Assembly (NCBI GenBank): GCA_964057225.1
Contig: OZ059899.1
Location: 14,942,001 to 15,006,000 of the forward strand
Length of the DNA stretch: 64,000 bases
Direction: 5' to 3'
DNA from: Auanema rhodensis
Taxonomy: Eukaryota > Animalia > Nematoda
Shown: positions 15,240 through 29,385 of the stretch, one piece after another
How the letters are laid out: every line of letters begins with the position of its first letter
Numbering within the stretch: the first letter of the stretch is position 1
The notes under the pieces: generated by a model
Told to the model about the DNA's origin: nothing
Seen by the model: the letters and a program-made list of their open reading frames with translations, nothing else
The model's database searches: none
Made by a program: the position numbers and the translations under genes

Positions 15240-17575
15240 TCTCCCTACACACACATAAACACATGCACATCCACACCTTCTCACCTCCCGTTAATCACAA
15301 ACGTTCGTCACCAACAGCCCAGCATCTGCTTTTGTCACATCATTGCATTCTTCTGCCACAACATATCAATAGTCTACGTACTGATACAGCTGATCAACCA
15401 TCGTTATCGAATGAAAAAAGATATTGTCTTGATCATTGTAAGCTTTGCAACCTTTCAACTTGAATCAATGTCCGTCTGGCAGATTGATAGCCATGATTAT
15501 CTCCCTTCCTTACACGTGTATTCCATGTCCTTCTATTTATCGAAACGTTGTTTTTCAAATTTCTAATTTTCTTTCCTTTTTTCGGATTATAAAATCTATA
15601 TATCTCATTTTAATCCCTTAAAACATTGAAGTTCTGCATTATATAAGCCACTGTTTTTGCAATATAATCATTTAATAAATCTGGGTGACCTCCTCCCCTC
15701 TCTCTCTCTCTTAGTCTCTCTTAATAGCATCTTCAGCTTGTCTTCCCTCTTAGTTCTTCTATTCCATCGTTTACTGTGTCTGTATTGCCATCATTTTATT
15801 TCTGTCTTCATCTTCATCGTTATTGCTTCATATCCACTCTCACACACGCATAGCTCTTCCTGTTATCCGCACACCAGCAACTGTGAGTATGCCGTTTCAA
15901 TTTCCGTTTTCTCTCTCTTCCGCGTTTGTGTCTGTCCATCAGATGAAGCTTACATCATCGATTAAGCTGAATTTGGAATCGACATATGATCATCAAGCAT
16001 CTTCTAATTGTCGAAACTGCAATTCGGACAAACATTGCCAATGATTTGCAGATATGGGTTGCCTGATCTATGCACCTAATTCCTATTACATCAAAAACTC
16101 AAAAGTATCAAAAACAAGATGATATACTGAAATATCAATTTAAGACATAAATGAAAAAATTCTTATTATTATTTAACAGCAAACGCTGACCATTTCATGT
16201 AATCTGTCAATTTTTTTTTCGTTTTTATTAAATTGATCTACTTTCTTCAACTTCAACTCATGATCTCTCTCTCTTCTCCTTTTATCATATCCACTCTCTC
16301 TTACTCTTTCTCTCTCTCTCTCTCTCTTTCTCTCTCTATCTCTCTCTCTCTCGCTCTATCATTTGAAGGTGTCAATAAAGAATTCTTCATCTTTATACAT
16401 ACTTATAAATGTTTGAAACACAGTATTATCTGCGGCCAAGGCATATTTTGTTGATTTTCGTATTGAATCTCTTTTATGTTACTTTCTTTTCACTTTAGAT
16501 GTCCTCTTGATCTCTGTACTCTTTAAATGCATACGTACAATTCCTTATTCCTTCATTACTGATAGAGCTCTTAGATCTTTAAGTCATTCTCAACTTCATT
16601 CCCTTTCTCTCTCTCTATCTCTCTTTTCTTTCTCTCTCTACATATCTCTCTCTCTCTCTCTGTTTCCCTCTCTATCTTTCTCTCTCACTTTCTTTTTCTC
16701 TCTCTATCTTTCTCTCTCTTTTTCTGATGACATTTGAATGGGCGGGGCGTCAATAACTCAGAATTTGCCACAATAGATTCAGTCTCAACTCCACCCTCCC
16801 TTTTCTTGTTTCTCGAACTTCATCCCTTTCTTGGTCTTCCTCTAAGTTGACGCCTCCTTTCCCATTCTTGCGAACGTCTTCCTCTGAATAATCTCTTCCT
16901 CATTCTTTTTTCTTCTTTCCTTGTTTATAGTATGATCTCCATACAATAACGAATTGAGTTTTTTGCAATTTTTTACATTATTTCGTGATAATCATCTGGC
17001 AGCGAACTTCAAGAAGCTGGTAGACAGATTCAGGCTGAAGAAGATCTCCAAGCTGTGAAGAAGGCATTAAGCCGGAGACCATGAAACAATTCTCCTGTTC
17101 TTTCCTCATCCTCGCAACAACATCCAATAGGCGGATACAAACAGCTCTTCACCCTTTAACCTCTTCTGATTTTGCATCCCATTGTCCTTTATACGAACAA
17201 CGCTAGGATTTCGTTGCCGACGTTCTTTATCCGTACTTTCCATTTGCTACCGTATTTACTTCCGGACACACTGCCTTCAATCAAATTTTTGTTGAAACAC
17301 CCGACGTCGCCATAATCGCTGTCTCATCATTTTTCTTTTCCATTTTTGCCTTTTCTTTATCGTCCATTCGTGTTATTACATTTATCTTCGTCAATATGCT
17401 ATATCGCATGTACAAATGCTTTTTCTATTTTAATCTGATTTCAGGAAAGTCTAAGGATTCATTCGACTTCCAACCTATTCTCCTCTAACATTCTTCATCC
17501 TCAATAGCTGAAAGTTGTCAAAATCATTGTCTCACACCGACATCGATACACGACGGTGTGTAGTCTAACTAGGAT

Positions 17576-20500
17576 ATGTCAGCCACTTGTTTGGGCTTGG
17601 ATCGTAACCAGACAACAGAGGCTCGGGACTATTATCGACAGGTTTGTTCACCAATATATTTCACTCAAGTGCTGCAGTTATATTCGATAATTTCTCTTGA
17701 AACGATTATTTCTGAATTTTTCTGAAAATACAACTTCTTTCTGCTGAAGGCTATATTCATCCATCCATTTCATTTTACAATAACCAATAACTGCTCATAT
17801 TGACATCGGGCTGATTGAGAGCCAGCTTAATAGCTTCTCCATAAGCCAATGTGCTAGATGATATCAGTGATCTATCTAATTGTCATGAGGTGCATCTCAA
17901 TTTAGAAGCAATGTACTATACTTTGAAACACAGAAATCTCATTTTCATAAGCTTTCAATCATGTGCTTTGTGTTTACTCAACGATTCAGCCTCGGGACAT
18001 TTGCTTTGGCAGATGGCAATGACCGCAGTTTGCGCCTTTCGCTAGAAAATCAGACATTGGGAGCAGAAAAAAAATCAAATTTCAAAGATAAAAAAGAAAA
18101 TCACACAAAGAATAAGTTTTTTCCGAATACTTAGCTCGCTTTGCTGTGATTGTAAGTGATATCCCATGTACATACTATGCTAAATGCTCTGGCTTTAACG
18201 TCATCATCGGCTTCCCTCAGCAATTGCTTACCAAAATCGAATTTTCTTTTTATCACCTCATATTTCCATATTCAATTTAGTAGGCTTTAGCGCGAAAAGC
18301 TTCTTAAAGCTGAAAGTTGAACGTTATTCGCAGAGTTTTCGGTTTATAATTATTTCCAAACTCGGGAAGTAATATCTAACATCGTTCGTTCACCCCCTTT
18401 TCTCACTTTTTTATGAAAAATGTGTCAGATGTAACACAAAAAGTGAAACTTTTAATATTTCCTCATGCTTTACAACTTGGGCGATGATGTTATAACGTAC
18501 TACCTAATGCTTTGGTTCCATTTTTAATAGTAAAAAAGGTTCAAGATATTCCTTTGAAACTTTAATTATGCATTTGGAATATCGTTAATACAGAAACTGA
18601 ACTCTCCCACTTTTTCTCTCTCTTGATCTCTCTCTATCTCTAGTCCACTTGCTCTTCAACCAACTTGAAAACTTAAAAAATATGTTATCTATCGGCTATT
18701 CAAGTACTTGTTTTTCAGTTTTTGAGCTTCAAATCTTTTCCTTGTTTCTGTATCAATCGCCTAGAAATGTAGGCGGTTATAACAACAATATGCACAAAAC
18801 AAGTTTGAAAAAAATGATTTTTGATTAAGTTTTAATAGTTTATTGGCAATTTCCTTGTTGTTTTATTTCTATTTCTCTTTGTTTCAAATAAACAATCAAG
18901 ATGATCAGCGCCCATCCACCCTCAATCGCATCATCTTCTTGTGCTTACTTAGTGCTTAGTGCTCAAAGTTCGATTGGAAGTTCTTGAATAAAACTAAAAA
19001 TTCCGAGAGAATAGCATTTTCGTGATCAGAAATCAAAATGATATTACCTGATTTAACTATTTGCATGAAGCCGTTCCTATGATATTAACGAAACGAATTT
19101 CTTTCAATCACACGGGTAGATGTTTGAGAGAGTATTTAGAAGAAGCAAAGCACACAGCATGTTTTTCAAGCTTTTCGTGTTAAGTAACTTTGAGCTGCGA
19201 TTTAGCCAAAGGTTTTGATTGGAAGCGAAAGCCTGTGTCGTCAAAGCTGTAAACCTTTGAATGCACTCGTGAAGCACAGGATATTATTGGAAGAATGAAA
19301 GAATTATATAAAGTGCTTGTAGGATAAAGAAATTGATGAAACACATTGTTTTATAAACGAAAACCTATCAGCAAAACGGTGTTTTCTCCATTAAATGCTG
19401 GAAGATAATTAGTTCATTCCTAATATGCTGACCGATGTTTTTTCTCGGAACATGCGTAAGATCATCAAAGATAATAAGCTATGCGATGATCAGAGGGATC
19501 ATCTCCTTGGTTCCATTGAAACTCCTCTATTATTACTTTTTCTGCTTTGTCCGTCGTCATTTATTCCTTCTGATCTCTATTTTTATTCTATAGATGTATC
19601 TCATCTGCTTATTTCGTCTTTCTTCTCCTTTTTCGTCCGTCTTAGCATTCTGTCTCTGCTTCTTCTAACTCCTTACTCATTTATGTGTATATCTATTCCT
19701 TCCACAAATCTATAATTAAACTTCATTTTAGTCTTTCTCGCGCCTAAAAGGACATGTGTTCAACATCTTTTCTCTGGTCTCTTACAATCAGGTTAACTGC
19801 CCTATACGGCTTCGCTGAACACATAATGTGCCTAAATCTCGAGAAAGCCGCATCTTCTATTCCTTCTCAATCTCTTCCTCTTCTTGTCTTGGCGCATACT
19901 GACCCACTCCTTCACTCCCTCCCTCTCTTTTTCGTACTTTTCATACACATCTACTTTTCACTTTTAAGTTTATTCAATCTTGGGCTTAAAGCTCAAACTT
20001 AATCCAGAATAAACTTGAAATGTTTAAAAGAATGTTTACTGTTATTGGGGGTGATCACGTGTTCTCTTGCCACTCTTTCACACCTAACCGCATTGTTTTT
20101 CTCACCATAAAGGAGTACTCTTCAACAAAAATATCTACATTGAAGTAATCTGAAGGAGGTTGAAGCCTGCTTGTCTTCAGTGTGTCAGTATCCATAGTTA
20201 GTAGATGCTACATGATGAAAATAATATATTTTACTAATTCTTTACAAGAAATATTAATATTAGAAGAGATAGCCAAAGAGTGGGAGGGGACAAAGAAAAG
20301 AAAATACGAGAAGAGGGGGCAGGAGAGAGAGAGAGAGAGAAGGGGGAAATACATATTATAACTAATCAACAAAAAGATTTCACCTAAAGTAACAATATCT
20401 GGAAAGTAATTGAGACGATGACAACTCAATGCGTGGCTACATCTATGAAATCTGAAAACCTAACTACTAAGCTGTAAACAAGCAGTGTCAATCTCATGTT

Positions 20501-23500
20501 GCACATGTTGAAAATGTTCAGATTATCATTGTACATCCAATTTCATCAACAAGCTACTTCACCGCACAAGTTCTTTACGCATCAATGAAAGAATATTGTT
20601 TTATCGACAATTCTAGAAATTATCTTTTGAATAATTGACAAAGTGAAAATACAAAACACAGATGTATGTTTTGCCATAAGTGGTCAGGAGTGGCGGCTGA
20701 TATCCGAGCCAAAAGACGCCTCCTGAAATTCAACTCCCCTAGCCATAAAACTTACAAACACACAAAGCATTTTCAGTCTTATTTCAAAATCTATAAAAAG
20801 ATACTAAATGCTGGAAAACAATGGCAAGTGATTGTGACGAAGCCAATTCTTTTCATGATTTTTGCATTTTCTTACTCAAAATAGCTCGTGCTTGTCCTTG
20901 CAGCAGTAATAGTTTACTCTTAACAGCTGGCATGTATGTATGGCGGCAATACTAACGAAATAACTATAGTTTTAACAAATAATATCAACAATGCTAGCTA
21001 GCATTCATTATCAAATCATTCCCATTAATTTTATTTGAACAAAAAAATAGAAATAATTATATGTATCAATACACACCAAGTGAAAAAACTAGCCCGAGAA
21101 AGTATGTGAAACAAAACAAATTTGGGAAACATGAATGAAATATCAGTGGAGTTACTGGTGCAAAAAGATAAACTAGTAGCTGATCTTGTAGTCAAGATAG
21201 TCAATAACTACTAGTTACCTATACAAATAAAACTCCTATAGTAATTGAAATAAAAGAAATGAAAACAAAAACATCAATGCTTACAAACGTGCAACCGCTC
21301 ATCCATCCAAATATTTCGAAATAACGGTTATTTTGATGTGAAATGTTTTACGCGCGCGAACAAATAATGTGATTCATATTATTTGTTATTATTATTATTA
21401 TTATTATCATTCTTATTATCGTGATGAGTTTACATGATTTGTTTAGAATTAATAGAATTCTATGAAAGCTGTTTAGAATTCGTTATTGTGATTCGTCAAT
21501 AAAGAATGAGTTTAATTAACTAAAACTATGTTGAGCATAGATTAATGGTGTATCTAAATCCTTATTAAGTTAATGATTTCAAGTCCTAGTCCAATAGATA
21601 TTTGATTAAATGAATGCAAAATCATGATGAGCATAATATACTATAATAACGTTGTCAACGTCCATCATGAAATCATTTCCAGAGCATTGCCGACATTCAG
21701 TTATGACATCAGTATTGAGATTGAAGTACTGGGAACATCGGCTTAACTCAAAAGCATAATGTATCTTTTTCATCTTCAGTCACATGCAACCTGCTCTGTG
21801 ACATCAAAGCCTTGCTGGTTATCGCATTCGGAGTCATCAAAGCTAATGCCCAACCAGTTTTATCATCATATTCATTTCTGTTTTTAGTCGGCTAAAACAA
21901 TATGACTCAAAGAATAGCTATGTACATCTTAAGAATTTAAGAAGACGATGTCCTATATCGTTTTGAGTATATCTTGACGAACTTCTCTCTTAAAATAACT
22001 GAGTGTATTAGTAGTTCAAAATGCAAAAACTGTAAACATGTTAGTTTTGAAATGGAACCTTCACTTTGAGAACCTATGCCCGCAATTTTTCAGAGAAATG
22101 CAAGTGTAAAAAAATTCTTCTTCATATAGAAATTATTCAATAAATTTGTAAAATTTATTTTTCTTATTCAAATTTTCGGTCGAAAAGCCGCCTTGAGATA
22201 AGAAATAGAGGATCGGATGCCATTTTGAACTAATAGTAAAAAGGGCATATCTATTAATGTCAAGAATGAAATATAGGTTATTCACGACAAGGTTATTTAG
22301 GATTATTTCCTTTTTTTCTGAAGAAAAATATTTTTATTGCTTCAAAAGAAGTTCGTGTTGGCGGAGAATGAAAAAGAGAGCATTCTGAGAAAAATTCAAA
22401 ATATGCTCTGAACTTTGTTCATTGCAACCAACTTTTGCAGCATTTCCATAAAAAAAAGTCTTCCCTTTAAAAGCAGATCTAGCAAATGTTTTAGTCAAAA
22501 AAAAAAAAAGAAAAAGCAAAAGAAATCAAAGTCCTATCTATGTACTACTGAGGAGGATTTCCTTTTTCCTTTACCGTGATTATCAACTATTCTTAGTGGG
22601 ACCGTGAAATCTCTTAAACATTGAAATTGAACTTATACTAAAATACAATTAAACTTTTTGTAAACTTAAGCTTCATCTTTCCAGGTTCTTCTTCCGTTCA
22701 CACAAGTTTTCAATGTCATACACGGATATGCATATATAACATTATGTATATTGGGGGTTTTTGCGAATATTTCAATTGTTGTCGTACTTTTACGGCCAGC
22801 CATGAGGTAAATTTCAGTAAAAATCGCCAAATATTGAAAAAATTTATTTAGAAAAAGTCCTTTTAATTTATTTCTTATTATGATTGCTGTATGTGATGCA
22901 ACGCTTATGGCTACTTATCTCTTGTACAAGCATGTGAGTTGTAACTTTCCTCCTTCCCTCAATCTTTTTCTTCTCCTCCGTCTTCTCTTGATCCAACTTA
23001 ACTACTATCCATTTCCAGATAGAATTTTGTCATCCATTTTTCTTTACGCACAGCTTTATCGTTTATACCAAATTTTATGCTGGATTATCAGTATTTGTAC
23101 ATAGTACGAGTCTTTGGTTAACAGTGAATATGGCTATTTTGAGGTAAGCTATGCTACTTTCATGATTTAACTTCAAATTAAGATATTTCAAAGCTAGTTT
23201 TTCTAAATATATATGCTTATAGGTATCTTGTATTATATCGAGGTAGCCGGTCATCTTCCCGCTTACCGCCTTGTAATGGTTTTCCAGCGGCCATAGTAGC
23301 TTGTATTATTGCCACGATCATAGCATTTGTTGGCAGTTTTCCAAATATGCTTCGTTATGAGGTTATTCATTTGACAATTCTTCTAATACGACTCTAAAAT
23401 TCGCACAACTCATAGAAGGGAGAAATACGAAAATTCAAATTTCCTTAATATGTATGTTCTGGCTGAAAAAAAAAAGATCTTAATGACCAACTTGAAATGA

Positions 23501-24655
23501 ACTTTATTCTTTATTCCATATAAAGTAAAAACACTAATTCAATTTGGAGAGTAGACTTCAATAAGGCCAGTGTCATGATTCTGAACCAAAACTTGCTTTA
23601 ATTCAATGAAATGTAGAATCTACCATATACTTATTCAGCTTACCAAGTAATCAAGCCAGATTGCAAGAACTCTTCCAATAAATTTTAATAAAATTAATGA
23701 AATTCTCTTTGCAATCCTATAATTTCAATCGTTTCAGATAACTATGAAGGATAAGCGCAGACTTCCAGTAGAATGCTTAAGTGGACCTTATGCTCATGAT
23801 TGGAAAGAGACAGATGAGATCTATGAGTACGGCTTAGATAAGCCAGAGTGGTATGGATGTAGATGGGAACGATTCAACTTCTGGATGGCAGGTAAAACTC
23901 ACTGAGGTTTTGGATAACATTGAAGATTTTACTTTACAGCTTGGGTCCTGAAGCTTATTCCATGTATCTTACTGACAGTTTTTATGACTCTTCTTGTCCG
24001 AATGCTTATCGAAGCTAGAGAACGACGATCACGTTTATGTGGCGGAATGACAACCGGAAATTCACAGGTATACACGGTTTATCTCAAAATAAAGTTTCAT
24101 GATGAATTATCAGGCTGAACGAACAACTGCTATGCTTACAATCATCGTGGCAGTTTTCTTGATTACCGAGTTGCCACAAGGGATCATCGGTTTTGCAGCA
24201 GGTAAGCTGAATTCTGAAGGATAACCTGACGTCAATTTAATGACTTCTCTTTTCAGGTGTTAACCCTCGTCTTATTGTTTTAACATATCATTTAAATAAC
24301 TTTTTTGACTTACTGTCACTTATTAACAGTGCTGTGAATTTTGTACTATGTGCCCTCATGTCACATGTGTTCCGCAGGTATTAAATAAATAGAAGAATGT
24401 CCCTAACTTTTATATCTTACAGGGAGTTTCTACTTACTTTTGCATCTTGTTGTCCACAGTCTAGTGAAAGTCACAGTGGGGCTCCAACAATGACGAATCA
24501 CACCAACGTACGTCATGTAATAGATACTGTTCCATATATATTATCAACTTTCATGTTTTCAGGTGTGGACATCATTAATCTCACGGATAGGTAGCAAAAA
24601 TGGCTTTGTTCAAGTTCCCACTGCTTCCCCAGAGGATAAAGCTCAATCGCTATGA
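17576..24655 (+). CDS. Class A neuropeptide GPCR, DMSR (myosuppressin receptor-related) family; multi-exon
   Basis: Hand-spliced: MSATCLGLDRNQTTEARDYYRQ (17576-17641, phase 0) | VLLPFTQVFNVIHGYAYITLCILGVFANISIVVVLLRPAMR (from 22685) | KSPFNLFLIMIAVCD.. | ..HSTSLWLTVNMAILR | YLVL.. | ..WVLKLIPCILL.. | AERTTAMLTIIVAVFLITELPQG | ..DLLSLINSAVNFVLCALMSHVFR | .. AQSL stop at 24653-24655. Seven TM segments; ERTTxML/ITELPQG/NSAVNF motifs typical of DMSRs. The 5 kb-upstream first exon is inferred from phase and the N-terminal Cys plus NxT site. Confidence 0.9.
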
Positions 24656-24851
24656 AAAAATATACATTCTTTATCAACGAGTCTTAATAGATACATCTAA
24701 ACATTCTTAACACAACTTTATAAGTTGGACATAAAAATTTTTTTAAAAAATCCTGTTTTTTTTAAAACCTCTACAGAAAAACTTCAAATGCAAAAACACT
24801 AACTTCAAGTTTGATATAATAGTACTTTTCAAAAAACAACTTCTATACTTT

Positions 24852-27800
24852 TTACGCATTAATTCTAAAATGAGCTAAACGGGTATTACGAAGACTCAAA
24901 AGATCGCAGAAACGATGATAGTCATGGGATGAAGACGAATCACTAGATCCTTCTTCAAACGAGGATTGCCTGAAATTAAAACTAATAATACCACATAATA
25001 ATACAATTTCCAACAAATAAGCAGATAGAACATCTCTTCCACGTTCGGCATATCGGTTAGCGATATAGAGGGGAGCCGGCAGACTAATTGCACTATTTAC
25101 AATTTGATAACCGTGGGCTAAAGCGAATGTAACTCCTTCGAGTTCATCAAGGCACATATCAATTTCATCATAAAGAACAGTATAGCGAGGAGTCTTAGCA
25201 CTTCCCTGAACGATAAGTTCAATATATGACAATTGTTCAGCAATAGTTACCTGGATGGTGTTATGTGAATTCAAGTAGAATTCTTTGAAACTGGGATGAG
25301 TGAGTTCCGAATCAATTACTACTCCGGTCTTAATATTTTGCTGTATTGGCTTGTCGTTTGGATTAATCTAAACATCATACTTTACGGAAAAAACAACAAC
25401 AAAAATCTTTACCTTGCTCAACATTAATCGCACATTATGATCTTTCTGAGCGATTATCAAAGTTACCTTACACTTTTCTCCACCATAACTGTCAACATTA
25501 TGGCGAAGTAGTGGAATTTCATATTTCAAAATCTATGACAAATCAGATTAGAATAGCAAGAATAGAAATATACCGAAGTGAACGATCCTTCACCAACTCC
25601 GGATCTGTAGATAATTAATTCTTCTGGAGACTGACCATCATGACTCTGTTTGAAAAGTTCAAATGCTCGCTCTATTATAAATCCAATAGAAAGAGAAGTC
25701 TAAACAAAATTAAAATACTACACAAAACAAAAAAGTACGCAACCTCTTCTCGTCCGCTTTCTTGGAACATATAGTCTCCAATAAAATCTTGTGGGTTAGC
25801 TTTAAAATTGCCGCAGAACTGAAAACATGAACATACCAAAAAATGAAAGCAAAAGAAAATGTTTTCGTACTCCTACAACCGACGGCTTTCTTGACTTTAG
25901 ATCCTCTCGATGAACGGGAGGTGCATGACTGATCGCAATACCAATAATAAGTCTTTTGGGGGAAAACCATTCCCTAAATGAGATAGGATTGAAAATAATA
26001 AATTTTTAATACTCTTACCTGGCTTTAGGACCCATGGAAGTGAAGTTCACATTATAATTTATACCACCCAATTTTACATTGGTTTTTTGTATAATATTTT
26101 GAAGAGTTTGGAACTTATTTTCTTTAACCACTTTGAGAGCATTAGATATTTTAACATCTTGTGTGATGATTTCAAACTCGCGTTCAAACAATTTGATATT
26201 TTCTAAAATGTTGTTGAGGTAATTCAATGCTAGAGGCAAGCAATATTAACTGTGCAGTCCAGTGATACTGTCCGCTGTCACAAATAGACAAAACTGGCAA
26301 TCCGCGCTCTGCGCTAACTTCATCCTTTGTTTTAATTCCTGTTCTTCCAGAAGCTGAAATCGTAAAGACTCTTCAACGCTCTGTATTCAATTAAAGTTAC
26401 TCTTATTTCAGCAGGAGGTGATAAATCTGTTCCAAACTCTTGAAGCGAACGGTAAAACCGCAGAGCAAATTCCCTGAACAATCTATGCTTTTTAGTTAAC
26501 TCAGCAACTTACTCTAAATCTTTTAAATTAATCCCCATGCGAGAGCCAAGAGCATTGACTCCATAACATGCCCAAACTTTACAAAATCCGGACACATAAC
26601 ACTTTGCTCCTCTAGGAACCTTCCATTGGCCATGCTCGTAAGGGCCGTTACTGTTTTTGAACTGAATATTTGGGCCAGGTAGACATCGGCCATTTACCTA
26701 TTGTAATAAGCTTTTCAAACTGTATGACTTGCTCGATATACCATCAAAGGTCCAGGAAAAACTTTCAAGCCTGATTCATTTATATATTCATTGTTTTGAA
26801 CGCCACCTACAGGCAGAAGGTTTAGGGCATTAGCGCCTTTCATTATGTTCTGCTGTCTGGTCGATGGAGGAACGGCAGAGCTCTGGACGTAAAAATAAAA
26901 TAATCTTAATGATTATTATTATTACTCTAGTGGTCTTCTGGCTTTCAATAGGAGTTTGTTGCGGTACAGTCACACGTTGACCCGGAACAGTTTTACAAAC
27001 TTCCATGGGATAATAGTTCACTTGATTTCTTTCCCTTGTAGTGATCAAAGGTATTGTAGGATACCTAGAAAAAAAGTACAAGGTCGAATAACATTAAGAA
27101 AAACATCGTACTTCAACTCAATTTCGTATTTTTCTTTGAAATATTTTTCAACAGTCATTTTTCCATTGGGCATCTCAATACTGCAATTAAGCTATATGTT
27201 GCTTAAATCTTTTTTCGGAATTCAGAGCAAGTTCATCATTCGACTTACTTGGCCGAGACTGCCGTCAGTGTTGAAACACCGGTAATTTGTACACATCGAG
27301 GTCGACGAGAATGAGTTAACGTAACAAATATGCCTGAAAACGTTACAATTAAGCATAAAACATATTGAGAAATTCTATACCCTTTAAAACTTGATTAAGA
27401 CGATCAATGGAACGTTCACTATCAGGTCTGTCCTTTCCAACAATTTCCTGAGCTTTCTCAATCAAATTGATTCCCTCATGAAACGCTGCCTTCTTAGCTT
27501 AAGTACTTTGATGTTAAAACTTCTCGGGTACTTAACAAACCATCAATGATCAGACATGGGTTACTATAATTACGGCCTTTCGGTCCTTCAATTTGTCTAG
27601 TTGACTTTTGGGTACCGACCATCAACCGTTTGCCATCACCAACAAGTGGACAATCATTGCTACTAAAGTTATGATTCCATGGCTCAACCATGAAGGTTTT
27701 GCCATTTTCAAAAGACATGTGCACATCCCTACAACTATTAAAGCACATTACAATAATTTCAACTTACGGGTTCATAATGGCGTATTGATTAAGAACAAGC

Positions 27801-28576
27801 TCCATAAAATGAGCATATTCTCTTTTAATCTTCGAAAGATCATTGTTTGCTGAATGATTCAAAACTTCTTCGTCATTGAAAAACAGCTAAAATCAAAGAT
27901 GATTTCTAATTATAAACAAAAAATTTGTACATCGTTTTCAGTTCGCGCTATAGTTATTTGACAAATCAAAGTATCCAGTAGCGGAATTCCTGTATCTACT
28001 CCTTGAATTTCAATTTTGCAATCCTTCTAAAATACAGCTGTAGAAAACTTTTAAAAAATTCTACCGAAACCTTTCGTACGCAAATTTCTTTTGTAGAATA
28101 CAGTATGGCTTGTCCATCATACCAGTGAGAGTATATATTAGTTCCAAATATATCTGGTAGCTTTTCGAAAGCAGTTTTCATAATAGCCACACATTTTCTG
28201 CGTCGATCAGAAACGAGATGACTAAAATTATACACATTCGGGATACAAAATCTTAATAGAACTCGTCTTTAGCTTTGGCCGTGAACTCCACAGTTCTATT
28301 AGCATTAAGATCAGCTTTAATAAAAACGTGATATTGATAAATGTTTTGTCCTTCTGAAGGAGGTTTTAAACCAAAAATATTAGTTTGAATTCTCATAGGT
28401 GCTCCCGCAGTTCCGGGATCCACTTGTGGAGCCATAATGGGGTCATTTTCTTTGATCTAAATAACTCTGGTACAAGCTGACTGTATAAAACATACATCCA
28501 GATTTTTTAGACGTGTTCTAATGTCTTTGACAATCTGTTTTTTGGGTCCTAACTCCTGATCTGGGGAGGATGACAT
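24852..28576 (-). CDS. Worm-specific Argonaute (WAGO class), PAZ-MID-PIWI, non-catalytic; about 21 short introns
   Basis: ATG at 28576 (MSSSPDQELG..); PGTAGAPMRIQTNIFGL; GTQKSTRQIEGPKGR..PCLIIDG; YPTIPLI..YYPMEVC..PGQRV; QNIIQKTNVKLGGINY; LIIGIAISHAPP..PSVVG; IIYRSGVGEG; QGSAKTPRYTVLYD; SLPAPLYIANRYAERG; ends RINA stop, a typical WAGO C-terminus. Confidence 0.95.
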
Positions 28577-29385
28577 GCTCTATAATACGACATAAAAACA
28601 ACATTTTGAATTTTGAAAAATTTTGAAAGAACGATTAAAAAGTTCATAACATAGTTAACGAATAATTCATTCATTACACTTTAAAACAGTAAACTTTTTT
28701 TTAACTTATGTTCCGAACAATGGCAAAAATTAGTCTACTTGAACAACTTAGGCCAGATGTACAGCTTATTTAACTTACAGAATCAGAATCAAAAAAAACA
28801 CTGATGACTGTAATTTCTAGACAGGAGAATTAGCGCGCGAATTCAAATATACTGATATTTATGTTTATGGTGATAATCACTTCTCACCACCAAACAGCTT
28901 TTCCTCAAAAATGGGAAGTCAAACGAAAAAAAAGATCGACTGCTCAACAGAAAGTTGAAGCCCAGAATGAATCCAAAATATTGTGTTGTTTTTAACGTCT
29001 TGATCATATCTAGTACGGTGTTTATGCAAATTTTGGCGTTTCATAATTGTCCTTTACACCTTTATTTTCCCGCTTATTCTGTTTTTTTTTTATGACGGGC
29101 AAAATAAAGAGTTTTAGATTTTCAATTTTTCACAAATGGAATATGCTAAAATTATCTGAATTATCAGAATATTTTAAAAATTAATTTATAATGTATTGAA
29201 ATTAGTTTTCTACTTATCCTTCGATTTGTGATAGGTTCTCCGACAGCTGGTTATTTCACCAAGTTCGTAATATTCTGGTAAATGAAAATGAACTTAATTT
29301 TTAATCAGTCTTATTAATGTAAAACTTATAAAATATTGAGTGATATATAGATGAACGTAGCATTTATTACTCATTTTGACTCTGA
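28577..29385. promoter_or_regulatory. Probable bidirectional promoter between the Argonaute and the G-alpha, with a CDE/E2F-CHR-like element
   Basis: Start codons diverge about 810 bp apart; GCGCGCG (28833-28839) followed by TTCAAA (28842-28847) in otherwise very AT-rich DNA. Confidence 0.5.

Noticed and set aside
627-16737. Many 60-180 aa ORFs (LSLSLS, ERERER, F/L/S-rich)
   Set aside because: Translations of microsatellites and pyrimidine-rich non-coding DNA; no domains or coherent splice structure.
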